Under the pieces are notes generated by a model that saw nothing but the letters and a program-made list of their open reading frames with translations, made no database searches and was not told where the DNA came from. A program made the position numbers and the translations under genes. Below are positions 62,811 through 64,000 of a stretch of 64,000 bases of DNA, piece by piece (the stretch's first letter is position 1; each line of letters begins with the position of its first letter). The DNA lies in assembly GCA_012295275.1 (NCBI GenBank), contig CM022676.1:11098001-11162000 (forward strand), written 5' to 3'. This DNA comes from Chrysomallon squamiferum (lineage: Eukaryota; Animalia; Mollusca).

Positions 62811-62906
62811 TTAAGCAGATTGTTTTGATGAAGGCTTCACTGACATAACAATATGTTTCACAAGCGAAGTTTGCTTCACACCAAACCACGCCATACTACT
62901 AACAGA
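62811..62906 (-). CDS. Paralog C terminal exon (SVSSMAWFGVKQTSLVKHIVMSVKPSSKQSA*)
   Basis: gtag acceptor, 96 nt to TAA, homologous to exon 21. Confidence 0.86.
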   Translation of the reverse strand, partial: SVSSMAWFGVKQTSLVKHIVMSVKPSSKQSA

Positions 62907-62980
62907 CTACAAAAAACAAACAAACAAACAAATAAATAAATAAATAACAGATGATGATAATAATGATAATGTTGATAATC

Positions 62981-63015
<35 letters not shown>

Positions 63016-63190
63016 CTTTGTCATATTATTACAATTTCTAGTGTATCGAAGATTATATTGACAATTATGATTATGATGATTAATCATATTATTTATTTAT
63101 ATCATTTTAATTTATCTTTTGTTGTTTTCGTTTTTGTAGCAACTGCAGTGGATTCGAGGAAAACAACAACAACTTCTATGAAATGCTTAC

Positions 63191-63350
63191 CATCATGTTA
63201 GCAGAGGTAACATATTTTCCTGTTGGATTAGCAAAACCACACCCATTAAACCAAAAACCACCAGCATGTGTCTGAGCACAATTCCCGTCACTGTTATCAT
63301 TGTCACGATCGTACGTCGTGAAAGACATTCCATTCTGAGAGAGTTTACCA
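63191..63350 (-). CDS. Paralog C, FReD exon equivalent to exon 20 (GMSFTTYDRDNDNSDGNCAQTHAGGFWFNGC)
   Basis: tttag acceptor, ATG|GTAAGC donor, 160 nt. Confidence 0.9.
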
Positions 63351-63465
63351 CTAAAGAAAAAAACAGGAAAAAAAAGGAAAAGATACAATAAAAACAAAAA
63401 ATAATAAAAACCAATAAATAGCAATGAAAAAAAAAATAAATAAAATAATAATAAAACAAAATAGA

Positions 63466-63520
<55 letters not shown>

Positions 63521-63742
63521 ATACAAAACAGTTTCAAACAATCAGTATATGTATGTATTGGTGTGTACAGGTGTGGATATGTGTCTTTATGTCTTTCTGT
63601 ATGTGTGTATGTTTTTGTGTATGTGTATATTTATGTACTTACAGTGTGTATGTCTTTACTTTTACGCCATTAGTAAAGGCAAAATGGTCGTAAATTATCA
63701 AGAAAACAAAATAATTGATAAGAATTTAAGCAATGCACATAC

Positions 63743-63888
63743 TTTGAGAATGGATCCTTTGCAGTTCCTGAATATCCTGAAACGTGTATGCGGTACAACT
63801 GTTCTTCACTATCCACATAGAAGTTACTGTATTTAGCATATTTTTGTTGATCTTTCTGGTCAGTAATATCAACTCTCATCTCTATATT
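63743..63888 (-). CDS. Paralog C, FReD exon equivalent to exon 19 (gene continues beyond window)
   Basis: 146 nt, same splice sites, nearly identical to exon 19 of A/B. Confidence 0.88.
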
Positions 63889-64000
63889 CTGTAAAGGTGA
63901 GAAGACAATTTTAAATAACAATGTTGTAGTAATGGTACAAGCATTAATAATGAAGAAAAATAAAAAAAATAAAAAATGTAAATAAATAAATACTAGTACT

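Overview
AT-rich, repeat-dense eukaryotic (metazoan, probably molluscan; inference) DNA. Almost all long ORFs in the supplied track are translations of intronic or intergenic minisatellites and are not genes. Reading splice sites by hand on the minus strand gives a complete 21-exon gene (56392 to 27958, about 1152 aa, all GT-AG introns, all phases consistent). It encodes a secreted mosaic protein: signal peptide, UMOD/GP2/OIT3-type D8C-like domain, VWDE-type Ig-like regions, a VWD domain with a GDPH motif, a polybasic site, EGF, an Ig/IPT-like and Cys-rich region, and a C-terminal fibrinogen-related domain (FReD). A near-identical partial copy (exons 7-21, 23179 to 4005) lies across a 200-N gap and may be an uncollapsed haplotype. 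The 3' end of a diverged tandem paralog sits at 62811-63888, with an apparent gene-conversion boundary just before the ligand-binding FReD exons. Also present: a candidate 18-nt microexon that would create an RGD motif, a TATA+Inr promoter, a decayed RTE-clade LINE and more than 10 distinct minisatellite families.
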